DNA from: Psammoneis japonica | Lineage: Eukaryota | NCBI GenBank assembly: GCA_008632985.1 | Contig: QPGO01000142.1 | Span: 182,374 to 202,373 of the forward strand | Length of the DNA stretch: 20,000 nt | Reading direction: 5' to 3' | Shown here: in pieces, positions 1 to 11,000 of the stretch | Numbering within the stretch: position 1 is the first letter of the stretch | Layout of the letters: each line of letters begins with the position of its first letter | Position numbers and translations under genes: made by a program | The notes under the pieces: generated by a model | What the model saw: only the letters and a program-made list of their open reading frames with translations | Databases searched by the model: none | What the model was told of the DNA's origin: nothing

Positions 1-2330
1 TCACCCTGCTTGGCAAAGTGAGTGAAAAGGCCTGCAGCCTGGCAGGTCTTGCTCTTCTGGGTGGCAGCACCAACAACATGGGTGCCAGTGGCAATGATGA
101 TGGCACCTTGAGGGGGGCTGACAGGTCAAAGCCCAGCCAGCTGGCCTTGAGCTTGTCTCTGGTTCATGCCACATGACAAAAGGATCCTGCCGGCACCAGC
201 TCACCATGTTGGGGACAGGAGGGCTGTGGGAGTCCAGCAAACCTTGTGGCCATGCAGTGCATGATTTGGCAACAAAATGATGACACCAACTCCTCATTGT
301 CCAATGACTTGCAATCATCATGGCATCAAGGCAGAGGTGGTGCGGAGTCATCATGAGCATCCTCAGCATCCAGAGGAGGAGGGTCCTTGGCATCCTGAGG
401 AGGCAGAGGATGATCTTGATGGGGTGGATCCTCCCTGCCCCATGACATCAGGGTCATCCGCCACTGCACTCACATTGCAAAGCATTGGTGCAAACCAATT
501 GTCTGGGGGATTCTTTCCCAGAGAATGCTGGCTCAGAGAGTTGTGTCTTGAGCCTCAGGAGGGCCATGGAGTGGAGCAGTGCCTGAGACAGTGGCATGTG
601 TGGCAGATGCAATGATCTGACAATCAACATTTGGTGGGCCCAGACTTGAGGAAAACTGCTGGTGGAGCCAGTGCGGAGCACACAACAAAACAAGCACAGA
701 GTGCAACCCCCAGGTGTTGCTCTGACAGAACCAGAGCCAAAGGCAGATGCTCTGGCTTTTGGGTGTCCCCAAACTGAAGCACACAATGGGTTGAGTTGCA
801 TCAATTGGGCGACGATGCAACCACCAGCTAAAGCTTAACACCTCAGACTGATGGTGGAGCGCAGACAGTCTCTGCTGATGAGCAGCAATGCAGTGTTCGG
901 TCAAAAGCACATCACAAACAAAGCTGGCCAGTGCCTCAACCCACTCATCTAGAATCTGCTGAGTGCAAATGCGTTGCGTGTGACATTGGGCCCACAGAAT
1001 TCCACGTGCGAGATCCACAGCAAAAGTGTCAAGCAATGAACACACATGAGTCATCAGCAACAGAAAATGAGGCCATTTTGGGAATGTGTCTCCTCCTCCA
1101 CACTTCAAGTGCACCACTTGCAGTTTGCCTGGGTGTGTTCTTCAAACATTGGAGAATGTGTCTGGCCCATTTTTGCACTCACAATGAAGAAAATAGAAAG
1201 CCTTTGGTTTTGCAAGGCACAAAGCATGAAACAATTTTGTAGAAAATCACATGCAGAAATGCACATGCATGATGTGGGATGTGATCCAAAAAACTGTTGA
1301 TGTCACAGTTCAGCAGCATGAGGTCCCACCCAGAGAGCTGGAACGTGTCCGCAGCTCCACAAACCACAGCGTGAAAATCCATGCCATCTGCTGGTGCACT
1401 GGAGGCAACACCAGTTTCCTGACAATCAACCCAACACCAAAAAGAACCAAAAATGGTCTTGTGACACTCATGGGGGCCAATTGTTGTCAAGCTGTGGGCT
1501 CTGGCAATTTAGACCAATGTGGCAGAATTTTGGAAGGAAAATCATCTCTCACAGATTTGACGGACAAACAGACAGATGAAAGACAGTGTCAATTGGCAGA
1601 ACAGTGTGCAAGTGCTGTTTGAAGCAGAGCCATGCACTGTTGCTGCTCAAGATCTGGTGACACACCTGCACCCATTTTGTTTGATGGCAGCCGCAAGCAG
1701 AAACAAAACGAGCACGCACCTCAAATGTCCATGCCATCTGCTGGTGCACTGGAGGCAACACCAGTTTCCTGACAGTCAACCCAACACCAAAGAGAACCAA
1801 AAATGGTCTTGTGACACTCATGGGGGCCAATTGTTGTCAAGCTGTGGGCTCTGGCAATTTAGACCAATGTGGCAGAATTTTGGAAGGAAAATCTCTCACA
1901 GATTCAACGGACAAACAGACAGATGAAAGACAGTGTCAATTGGCAGAATGGTGTGCAAGTGCTGTTTGAAGCAGAGCCATGCACTGTTGCTGCTCAAGAT
2001 CTGGTGACACACCTGCACCCATTTTGTTTGATGGCAACCGCAAGCAGAAACAAAACGAGCACGCACCTCAAATGTCCAACTTTTTGAGTTGCCCGGAGCT
2101 GACCCTTGTGTGTTGAAGTTTTCTTGAGCTTCAAACCTGTCTGTTTGTGGGTTTCGATGTCACCTCAAAGATCTCCTTGACCATGCCACGATCTGTTCCA
2201 ACTTGCTGCAGCAAAGAAATTGTTCTCTCTGCTCTCTAGCTGCTCTTGTGTCCTGGTGGCATCAGGTTGTGATGCCACATCTTCATCCTCTCAGTTTGAG
2301 TCATGGGGTGACACGGGATTGAGTTGATGC
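1..2330. other. Heavily mutated DNA depleted of both TpA and CpG (TG/CA-rich); probably an old repeat or gene relic, no identifiable protein
   Basis: Hand count finds fewer than ~10 TA dinucleotides in 2.3 kb, most in TAG/CTA context, and CpG is also scarce. The many overlapping Cys/His/Trp-rich ORFs show no recognisable motif. Confidence 0.7.
1378..2078. repeat. Tandem direct duplication with ~350-bp unit (1378-1727; 1728-2074 plus partial)
   Basis: 'tccatgccatctgctggtgcactggagg...gcacctcaaatg' occurs twice. The copies differ by a 3-bp indel, three A/G changes and two TG<->CA swaps. Confidence 0.97.
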
Positions 2331-2411
2331 GTGCACGCCTCGGCCTCCTCGAGAAAGACAAGGCTTGTGAGGCTCATAAAAACACATTGTCGTTGCAACT
2401 TAAGAAGAACA

Positions 2412-3657
2412 ATGAGCACCTGCAAAATGAAGCAACGTGAGACCAACAAGCAGATCGAGCTGCTGCGATTGAAGAATCAAACAAACGAACTGGAATCAGC
2501 CATCAGAAAGGGAACATCGATGATTTTGCCACTCATCCCGCCCGGCAACGCCCAGCTCATTCGTGCCACCAAGTTGCTCAATGACGAGTTGCGAGTGGCC
2601 ACCAACATCAAATCTCGGGTTTAACAGGCAATCTGTCCAGAGCGCCATCAAGTCGGCTCAGCAGCGACTCAAGCTCTACAACAACAGGTGCCCAGCAAAT
2701 GGCCCAGTCGTCTTTTGCGGTCTTGCCGAGGTGCAAGACAGTCGAAAGGAAAGGATGACAACTGTTGATCTTGAGCCCCCTCAACCAGTCAAATTCTTTC
2801 TTTATCGCTGTGACAATCGTTTCCATGTGGATCGCCCAACTTCATCATGTGTTGAGGAAGGTGAAGAGCCATGCGGTTTCATTGTCGTGGATGGCAACGG
2901 GGCGCTCCTTGGTTTGCTGCAAGGGTCGCGAAGAAGAGTTTTGCACAAGTTTTCAGTCGATCTTCCCAGCAAGACTCATCGCGGAGGACAATCGGCTTTG
3001 CGTTTTGATCGGATCCGAGTGGAAAAGCGAAACATTTGCATGCGCAAGGTCACCAAGTTGGCCATGAATTCTTTTCTTTCTCACGGCGACCAGCTCAATG
3101 TGGCCGGTCTTGTCCTTGCTGGAAAAGCAGACTGCAAAAATGACCTTGTCCAGAGCAGCCACTTCAGGCGTCTCTGCGCTCATGTTGTGGCTTGTTTGGA
3201 TGTGTCGTTTGGAGGAGAACGTGGATTTGATCAGGCAATCGACAAAAGTGCTGAAACGATCGGATGCGTCACGCTGGTTCGCGAAAAGCGTCTGTTGGAG
3301 AACTTCTTTGAACACGTCGAGTGCGACACAGGAAAGCATTGTCACTCCGCAGAGGAAACCTTGCACGCTTTAGAAATGGGAGCCGTGAAAGATTTGATTG
3401 TATGGGACGGTCTTGATGTGACCCGCTGCGAGATGCAAAACAAAGAATCAGGGAAGCAAGTGGTTTCCTTTTTCTCCAAGTTGCAGGAGGAAACAAAGAG
3501 CGTCGATTCGTTTGCAGTTGCCAAGACAGAACCACTCCTTGATTGGATTGTCGACCATTGCAGTAATTTTGGTTGCAACTTGGAGCTAATGTCAGACAGA
3601 AGCGGAGTCGGAAAACAGTTTGCCGCAGGATTTGGCGGAATTTTCGTTAGCAGTTAG
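2412..3657 (+). pseudogene. eRF1: Eukaryotic peptide chain release factor 1 paralogue; frameshifted, 3'-truncated, TpA-hypermutated
   Basis: GTS and NIKS motifs (ATNIKSRV) lie in ORF 2331..2624. After an extra T in the T run at 2620-2622 the frame continues NRQSVQSAI..., YRCDNRFH (YxCxxxF), GFIVVDGNG and RGGQSALRF (GGQ at 2983-2991). It ends FGGIFVSS* instead of the usual FGGIGGILRY. Expected Tyr positions read Cys/His (DTGKHCH, VTRCE, DHCSNFG). No introns seen. Confidence 0.93.
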
Positions 3658-3964
3658 GGGTGTCTATGGGGTCGTAAGGGACAACGGTTGTCCCATTCTT
3701 GTACGCTGTATTTTCAGCCAAATATCATATCATGTCTTCAGTGAATTATGACTCAGCAATCCCCAATTATGACGATGCAACATTTAACAACATCAACATC
3801 CTTTCTGGCAATTATGACGCATCATCACTTAACACTGCCAAAATAGAAATGGAAAATGGACAGACGCAGTGGCGGGAAAACTGCATGCGTGCATCAACGC
3901 ATCATCAACCATCACCACACCGCGGCGACACCATGGCCACTCGGTTCCGTTCATACCGCCACGC

Positions 3965-4313
3965 TGGGATGATAAGACGGGTAAGAGCATTCATATAAGG
4001 TAATGTAAATGCCTCCAGTTTTATGGTGGTATTTTTTATTTGATGACTCCTCAAAGTTATTGTGTTATTTTCTATTTTCTACCAGTGCAGGTGGTTGGTG
4101 TTTTTTCTCTGCCGCCGACAAGATCGTTCATGAATCGACTGGTACTGGCGTGATAAGACGGGTGAGAGAATTTACAAAGGTAATTTAAATGTCTCGAGTT
4201 TGATGGTGGTATTTGTTATTTGACAACTCCTAAAACTTATTGTGCTCTTTTCTATTTTCTACCAGTGCAGATGTTTGGTGTTCTTTGTTTTGTTCTCTGC
4301 CGACGACAAGATC
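3965..4313. repeat. Diverged tandem duplication with ~180-bp unit; each unit contains a GT..AG intron-like AT-rich stretch
   Basis: 'gataagacggg...aaggtaat...tggtggtatt...tctattttctaccagtgcag...gacaagatc' occurs at ~3971-4125 and ~4152-4313. Confidence 0.9.
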
Positions 4314-4403
4314 ACGGCGGACAATCAGCCTTGAAAAGACACAGATTAGTGGTTAGTTGGCACCATCAGGACTTTGCTCCTCTTTTCAATGAATTGAATA
4401 TTG

Positions 4404-4575
4404 GTTGACTACAATACATTAGCTCTAGAAGAAACCCTCAGGTAGGAGCATGCACCATGCGACCACGTTTGCCTTTGTACACATGATGCTTCCGGCCCTC
4501 ACACCAAAACTGTTCTCTTCTTTAATGCAGATGCTACTGGCTATGGAGTGTGCATTGCTGCCACTGGATTGCTAA
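4404..4575 (-). repeat. Degenerate tandem copy of the 3' end of the adjacent minus-strand ORF (template ~4583-4787)
   Basis: Shared blocks 'tacaatacatta', 'atgcttccggccctcaca', 'ttctcttcttt.atgcag.tgct.ctggct.tggagt' and 'attgctgcc'. It translates to CEGRKHHVYKGKRGRMVH versus CEGRKHYVQNGLRGRVVH, with a stop and deletions. Confidence 0.88.
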
Positions 4576-4601
4576 CAAAAAATTGATTACAATACATTAA
4601 T

Positions 4602-5555
4602 TCACTCTAAAAGAATCCCGCGGTGGTTTTTTGTGCATGGAAAGGTATGCACGACGCGACCGCGTAAACCGTTTTGCACATAATGCTTCCGGCCCTCACA
4701 GCAAAATTCTTCTTCAGTTCTTCTTCTCTTCTTTGATGCAGGTGCTGCTGGCTCTGGAGTAGGGATTGCTGCCGCAGAATTAGCTACTTGCAGGTTGGTG
4801 GGGAAGCAAAATAGTGGACTGACAAACGAACCAACGCTTGTTTCAATCCATGGCGATGGCGGCGTCGGAACCGGGCGGAAGGGCGATGATGGGAGTTTGT
4901 GGAGAGTTGTTTCCTGCTTCAGAGTCTCTTCATACAAAATGTCTTCCACTATTGACTCAAAGTCTGGACCAAAATATTCAAAATCCGGCGGATCAGCAAC
5001 TCCAACATTGTCGGTCAAGCGTGCCGTCGTATCGGTTGGACCGACGAGCGAGTGATTCGGGTTCAGCAAAGGTGGAGTTTGTAAGCCAGCATCTGGTGTG
5101 GGAGCCAAGCAATGCAAAGGATCCACAGCGGGGATGCTTTCCCACAAATGGTCTAAAACCGAGTGGCCCAGCAGTCCACCGCCCTCTTGAGTTGCAAGAA
5201 ATGTGTTCTCCAATGGACCCCTCCTGAATAAATTGTTTTTGCATTCCTTTGGCAGCACCAGAAGGAAATTGGGTTGCACCTCTTTCAAAACCCGAACAGT
5301 CAGTTCATCTGGTGGATGGCAATTGGAAGCATTCGGATTTCTGTGGCACGTCGCATCGTGACCCTTCTTGCAGCTCGGTCCCCTCACACACCGTGGGCAC
5401 ATTTTTGCACCAAAGTCAACTCGAGTGAGCACGTTCTTTCGTATTTCTTCACTCTCATTGAACAGACAGCATGCACATCTAAACATTGCTTGTTCCTGTT
5501 GCTGGGCATGATTCGCAAACCCATTCCAGCAAGTCGGCGTGTTCTGTTGAAACAT
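4602..5555 (-). CDS. Hypothetical protein (~317 aa from ATG 5555) with two Cys/His clusters and an NLS-like KKRRR; possibly TE-associated
   Basis: Within the 402-aa open frame: CPRC-x8-GHDATC near the N-terminus and FCC-x11-RGRVVH-x3-C at the C-terminus, joined by a Pro-rich linker. The start codon is uncertain. Confidence 0.55.
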   Translation of the reverse strand: MFQQNTPTCWNGFANHAQQQEQAMFRCACCLFNESEEIRKNVLTRVDFGAKMCPRCVRGPSCKKGHDATCHRNPNASNCHPPDELTVRVLKEVQPNFLLVLPKECKNNLFRRGPLENTFLATQEGGGLLGHSVLDHLWESIPAVDPLHCLAPTPDAGLQTPPLLNPNHSLVGPTDTTARLTDNVGVADPPDFEYFGPDFESIVEDILYEETLKQETTLHKLPSSPFRPVPTPPSPWIETSVGSFVSPLFCFPTNLQVANSAAAIPTPEPAAPASKKRRRTEEEFCCEGRKHYVQNGLRGRVVHTFPCTKNHRGILLE

Positions 5556-5835
5556 GTTTAACTTTGAGGAAGACGGCGTGGGTGCTCCTTTTTGCACTCG
5601 TACCCATTTTGACAAAGAGCAGAGCCACAACAACAAGAGTAAGAGCTGTAAAGTTGTGATGAGATGCAGCAATATCGTGGTTCTTGAAAAGGAAAAGCAT
5701 CGACAATGGAAAAGCATGCGGTAACGTTCAACAATTTTCGAAAGATTAGCGCGGCAATTTCTATTTGTCACATCTACGGAAATTTTGTATGAAGGGGGGG
5801 CATGTCGCATATACCAAAATACGGCCGAATTTCAT

Positions 5836-5872
5836 GGGGGGGGCTTAAGTAAAAACAGCGCCCCCCCCCCCC
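5836..5872. repeat. G8/C12 inverted homopolymer hairpin at the junction between two sequence blocks
   Basis: ggggggggc-ttaagtaaaaacagc-gcccccccccccc, with another G7 run at ~5794-5800. Confidence 0.6.
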
Positions 5873-5874
5873 GC

Positions 5875-6645
5875 AAAATCATCAACGGTCGGTGGTGCGC
5901 AGTGCGCTGGGTGGTGAGGTGAAGAAGGACGGACCGAGGGTGCGCACAGACGGGCGAGTGGTAGCGGTGGTTCCGTTGAGCGGGTGTCGTCGAAGAAGAG
6001 CTTGACAGTTGGAGAGATGCGTTGAGAGAGCGAAGCCGAAGTTAAGGCCAAGGATTTGGGAGGCCCACAGTTGGGGTGTTGCGGTGTGTTGGGAGGTGCC
6101 AAAACGGTCGGGTGAGATTTGTTTCCAAGCGGTGTTGGCATGGGCCAAGAGGTTGGAAGGAGCGAGGAGGGAGGTTTTGCACAGGCAGAGAAGGAAGCGC
6201 GCGAATTGGAAAGGTCCGAAGGGCTTGTCCAGGGAGGTTTGGGCGGGATGGGAGGAATGGAGGAGGATGACATGGCAGAGTTGCCGAAGAAGAAGACGTG
6301 AAAGTGGTGGCCAATGCCGCCAAGGTGATCGAAGGTGAAAGGTGGAAGAAAGAGACCGGCTTGGTTGATGGCGTCGATGATGTCAGAGCGGCAGGTTGCA
6401 GATGTTGTGCGACCAAGGAGCTTTTCCCGTGTGCTGCTGAGGTGAGCCTGAGTGAGGAGGTTGTCTGGGGCAGGCAAACCAGGTGCAGGCGGCGGGGGAG
6501 CTGGAGGCACAGTCACATCGATGGCGACAAGTTGATGAGAGGAAGGGGCGGCAGGGGGTGCAGAGCCGGGGACGAGTTGGACTGCGACGTCGGCGGGACG
6601 TTTGAGTGGGTGGTCGGGGAGAAGGCCGGCAGGGTCAGCACTGAG
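5875..6645 (-). mobile_element. 3' fragment of a non-LTR retrotransposon with a restriction-like endonuclease (CRE-type); 5'-truncated and frameshifted
   Basis: PAGLLP...RPADV...AIDVT...H...REK...PFTFDHLGGIG matches the RPD-x-D-x-K-x-P-x-GxxG RLE layout. After a frameshift near 6180 it continues as TPQLWASQILGLN (ORF 5882..6148). No RT is present and TpA is depleted. Confidence 0.7.
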
Positions 6646-6986
6646 GTGGCGAGCAGATTTTGAGTCATTCCTGAACGAGAGAGCGCATGCGATGCGGAGG
6701 AGTAGAAGGGCAAGAACAAGATTCGAGAGCAAAAATCACGAGCCAAAGCGCGAAAAACAACCCGTTTTCGAAGTGTTTCGTAATTCGAACAAATTTGTTT
6801 AAAAATGTTGCTTTTTTAGGATCTCGCTCTCGCGCCTCGCGCCATCCGCCAACATCATCAACATGCAGGACGCATGCTGCACCAACACATCACCGCAACA
6901 GCCTTCTGCTTTTGTCAGGACTGCTCGATGTCAAAGTTTGAGTCTCCTTTTCTGTCATTGCCGTGCCTTGAAGTCCATTGAACACA

Positions 6987-7771
6987 ATGGAATGCCGTCC
7001 CAAACGCAAGGCTGCCGAAGCGGCATTGACGGCGATGAAACAAATGCGAGTGTGCGAGGACGCGCCCAACGAGGACGAATGTGATGCACAGAATCATCTC
7101 GAGAACGCTGCTGCCGCTTCTGCCCCGTGCTTTGCATCCGAAACGGTCACACTCCCCCATGAGCTTGGATTGCTTGTGCTTGAATTTCTTCCAAAACGCG
7201 AGCTTGTCCATGGCGCTTCTATGGTGTGCAAGTCTTGGCTCGCGGCCGCGCGGAATCCGAGTCTATGGCTTGCACTGGAAGCAGACATCTGGAGAAAAAC
7301 AAGCTTTGAACGTCGTTTCTCCATGAAGAGTTTTGTTTCCTTTCTCAATCGTCCACAATTTGTGTTGCTCCAAAAATTGGTGCCTCCGGATCTCTACAGA
7401 ACGCTGCTGCGCAACGTTTTTGATCGCATTGCCGCGGCAATCGGTGAGCATTTGGAGGAGTTTGATCTCTCGGGATGCACGTCGAAGTGCCGTTCGGTGC
7501 CAGTTCCTTATGACGAAGAATTCCTTCGAATCCCCACTCTGTTTCCAAAGCTCAAAAAGGTCTCCATCTGTTTGAGACATGTGCGAGAAGAGACCCTGGT
7601 GCAGTTCATTCAAGTCATGGGGGATCGACTCGAGAGTCTCGAAATTGTGGCGAAGGACAGTGAAGCTCATTTCTGCACGGACGCAACTCTAAAGGCGCCA
7701 GCTCAAAACTGCCCCAACTTGGAGTGTGTTCGACACAAGGACCCAGGACATGCAGACTTTACACTGGGACT
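6987..7771 (+). pseudogene. F-box/LRR-like protein gene, truncated at its 3' end by the LTR
   Basis: F-box LPHELGLLVLEFLPKRELVHGASMVCKSWLAAARNPSLW, then LRR-like units (LEEFDLSGC, FPKLKKVSI, LESLEI, CPNLECV). The frame runs into the LTR at 7772 and stops at 7794-7796. Confidence 0.85.
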
Positions 7772-8056
7772 TGGGATGCAACAATGCACTGTGTAGGATG
7801 GAGAGTTCAGGACTCTCTTGAGGTTGCACAACGCAACAGAGGATGACAAGAAGTGGGTTTGGGACAATGAGATGCGCCAAAGACACGAATTGTGAGAAGA
7901 TCTCACGAGGGATTGGAGATGACATTGTGACCTGACGGTCGTGTGTGTCACTCCGATTGCTGTCGCTAGAAGACTCAACGGACATTTCTTCCGGAAGAAG
8001 AGATCCATGACCGGGAGCGTCATCCGTGAATCAGACTCGGTTGTTGACTCGTGACT
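7772..8056 (-). repeat. 3' LTR (285 bp), TpA-hypermutated copy
   Basis: Colinear with 14758-15042, with 18 mismatches by hand alignment. Only 2 TA dinucleotides remain. Confidence 0.95.
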
Positions 8057-8065
8057 CTCCCTCTC
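8057..8065 (-). promoter_or_regulatory. Polypurine tract
   Basis: Minus-strand GAGAGGGAG directly precedes the 3' LTR. Confidence 0.85.
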
Positions 8066-8092
8066 AACCGAAAAGAGAAGGAGAACCATCAG

Positions 8093-11000
8093 TCACCAGC
8101 CCATGAGGGCTTTGCGACCAGTGCGGAATAGATCAACAGTCAATCCTTTAGCAAACTGGTCAGCAAGCTGTGCAGCTGAGCTCACAGGCTCAATTTTGAT
8201 CTCCAAAGCCTCAACTTTAGCACGAAACCAATGGTGGGGAATGCCGATGTGCTTGGTTCGTGGGGACAATTTTGGCATGCGGGCGAATTGGAGGCAGGCA
8301 GCATTGTCTTCGTACACAACGGATGCTGGGAGGTTAGTGGAGTCAATGGGAGAATCCTCAGTTCCGTCGTTGGCGTGTCGGAAAGCCTTCGAATGTGTCG
8401 AAATGTCGGTCTGTCTGTCCGGCTGTCCGAAAACGAGCGCGTTGATTTCCTTCACGATCTCGCGAAGGGGGATGAGATCACGCATCGCTTGGGAGAGGGC
8501 GACATGCTCGGCTTCCATGGTGGAGAGTGCGACGAGGGTCTGCAACTTGGACACCCAGACAATCGGACATCCAGCACAACAAATGACACATCCCGCACGT
8601 GACTCAACAGACGTGGGATCTTGTCCATCTTCAACACTGAAGAGTCCCGCGAAATCAGCATCAACATGGCAGTCGAGTCGTTGATCGGCGGTTGGAGTTA
8701 GGATGAGTCCTTTATCGGCCGCATCCTTCAGGTGACGAAGAATGCGCTTGATGGCCGCAGCGTGGGAGGCCTTGGGTGCGCAGGAGAACCGTGCGACTTG
8801 ATGGGTCGCGCAAGCAATGTCCGGGCGGCTGTTGGACGCTAGATGCATCAGCATGCCGACCACGGAACGGCAGTCGTGAGGCTCTTCGAACGGTGGCCCG
8901 TCGGTGTCGCTGCCAGCAGGAGCAGGCAAGGCAGGAGTGGGTGCGCCGTTGCACTCAGTCATCTGTGCGGTTCGGAGAACTTTCTCAATTAGGCCGGGTT
9001 GGGTCAGGAGGAATCGGCCGTCTTCGAGCTTTTGAATCTTGACACCTGGAAAGTTGCCGACTTCGCCTTCATCACGTAGATCAAAGACATGGCGTTGCTC
9101 ATCGTCAGAAATGCCCAACTTGGCAATCTCTGCTTCCAAGGCTTGGGCCGATGCGCCGGCGAACACGGTGTCATCAACATGTGCCACACATGACACACCC
9201 CTTTTGAAACAAAGACAAGGGTCAATGGCGGATTGAATCCATCCTCTTTCGAGCAATCCGTCCCTCAGCTTTTCAAAGAAGCACTTGGGAGACTGGCGTA
9301 GGCCGTGTGGGCCTTTCAATAATTTCAGCACCAGATCGGCGCCCGATTTTGGTTGGAAACCCTTGGGAGGCTCTACATGGACCTTCTCCTTGATGTCAGC
9401 TTGGCAGAAGGCTGTAGCACAGTCCACTTGACGTGCAGTCCAACCTTCCTTGAGTGCCGTGGTGAGGAGAAGGCGCGTGGACGACCATTGCACCACCGGC
9501 GCGTAGGTCTCGAAAAAATCGATCCCGTGTTTCTGCAAATCGCCGCGAACGCAACATCGTGCCTTGCACTTCAAGGGCGCACCATCCGGGAGTCGTTTGA
9601 GTTTGAAAGCCCATGTGCCGGGTAGTGCATTCATGTCTGCCGTTCTTGGCACCATTTCCCATGCACGTCGGTGGAGTGGCGCGTCAATTTCGATTTTCGT
9701 AGCCTCAACCCACTCTTCGGATTCATCGCTGCGCATGGCCTCGTGTAAAGAAGGCACATCGGGATCTTTTTGCTTTTTAGCAGTTGCANNNNNNNNNNNN
9801 NNNNNNNNNNNNNNNNNNNNNNNNNNNNNNNNNNNNNNNNNNNNNNNNNNNNNNNNNNNNNNNNNNNNNNNNNNNNNNNNNNNNNNNNNNNNNNNNNNNN
9901 NNNNNNNNNNNNNNNNNNNNNNNNNNNNNNNNNNNNNNNNNNNNNNNNNNNNNNNNNNNNNNNNNNNNNNNNNNNNNNNNNNNNNNNNNNNNNNNNNNNN
10001 NNNNNNNNNNNNNNNNNNNNNNNNNNNNNNNNNNNNNNNNNNNNNNNNNNNNNNNNNNNNNNNNNNNNNNNNNNNNNNNNNNNNNNNNNNNNNNNNNNNN
10101 NNNNNNNNNNNNNNNNNNNNNNNNNNNNNNNNNNNNNNNNNNNNNNNNNNNNNNNNNNNNNNNNNNNNNNNNNNNNNNNNNNNNNNNNNNNNNNNNNNNN
10201 NNNNNNNNNNNNNNNNNNNNNNNNNNNNNNNNNNNNNNNNNNNNNNNNNNNNNNNNNNNNNNNNNNNNNNNNNNNNNNNNNNNNNNNNNNNNNNNNNNNN
10301 NNNNNNNNNNNNNNNNNNNNNNNNNNNNNNNNNNNNNNNNNNNNNNNNNNNNNNNNNNNNNNNNNNNNNNNNNNNNNNNNNNNNNNNNNNNNNNNNNNNN
10401 NNNNNNNNNNNNNNNNNNNNNNNNNNNNNNNNNNNNNNNNNNNNNNNNNNNNNNNNNNNNNNNNNNNNNNNNNNNNNNNNNNNNNNNNNNNNNNNNNNNN
10501 NNNNNNNNNNNNNNNNNNNNNNNNNNNNNNNNNNNNNNNNNNNNNNNNNNNNNNNNNNNNNNNNNNNNNNNNNNNNNNNNNNNNNNNNNNNNNNNNNNNN
10601 NNNNNNNNNNNNNNNNNNNNNNNNNNNNNNNNNNNNNNNNNNNNNNNNNNNNNNNNNNNNNNNNNNNNNNNNNNNNNNNNNNNNNNNNNNNNNNNNNNTG
10701 CCCCCCTTCCAACGGATGGATGCGTGGAGGAGCATCGCTCTCGCCATGTTGGAGACGGAGCGAATGCCGCGTTCTGCGACGCCGTTCTGATGGTGGGCGT
10801 TGGTTCCGCAAAAACGCAGACGTTGTTCGTGCTGTCGTGTGTGTTGCACAAAAGCATTGGCCTTGAAAGCGCCAGAATCGGCAAGAAATTCTTGGATGAT
10901 GACGCCGTGGTCCATCGCGTGCTTTTCAAACGCTTGCTTCGCTCGCACCGTTTCCACAGCAGAGAAACCAAGTTGGTGTTCAATATGCAGGTAACCGGAG

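Noticed and set aside
5836..5850. piggyBac-like end (TTAA next to a C/G run)
   Set aside because: No matching second terminus or transposase found in the window.
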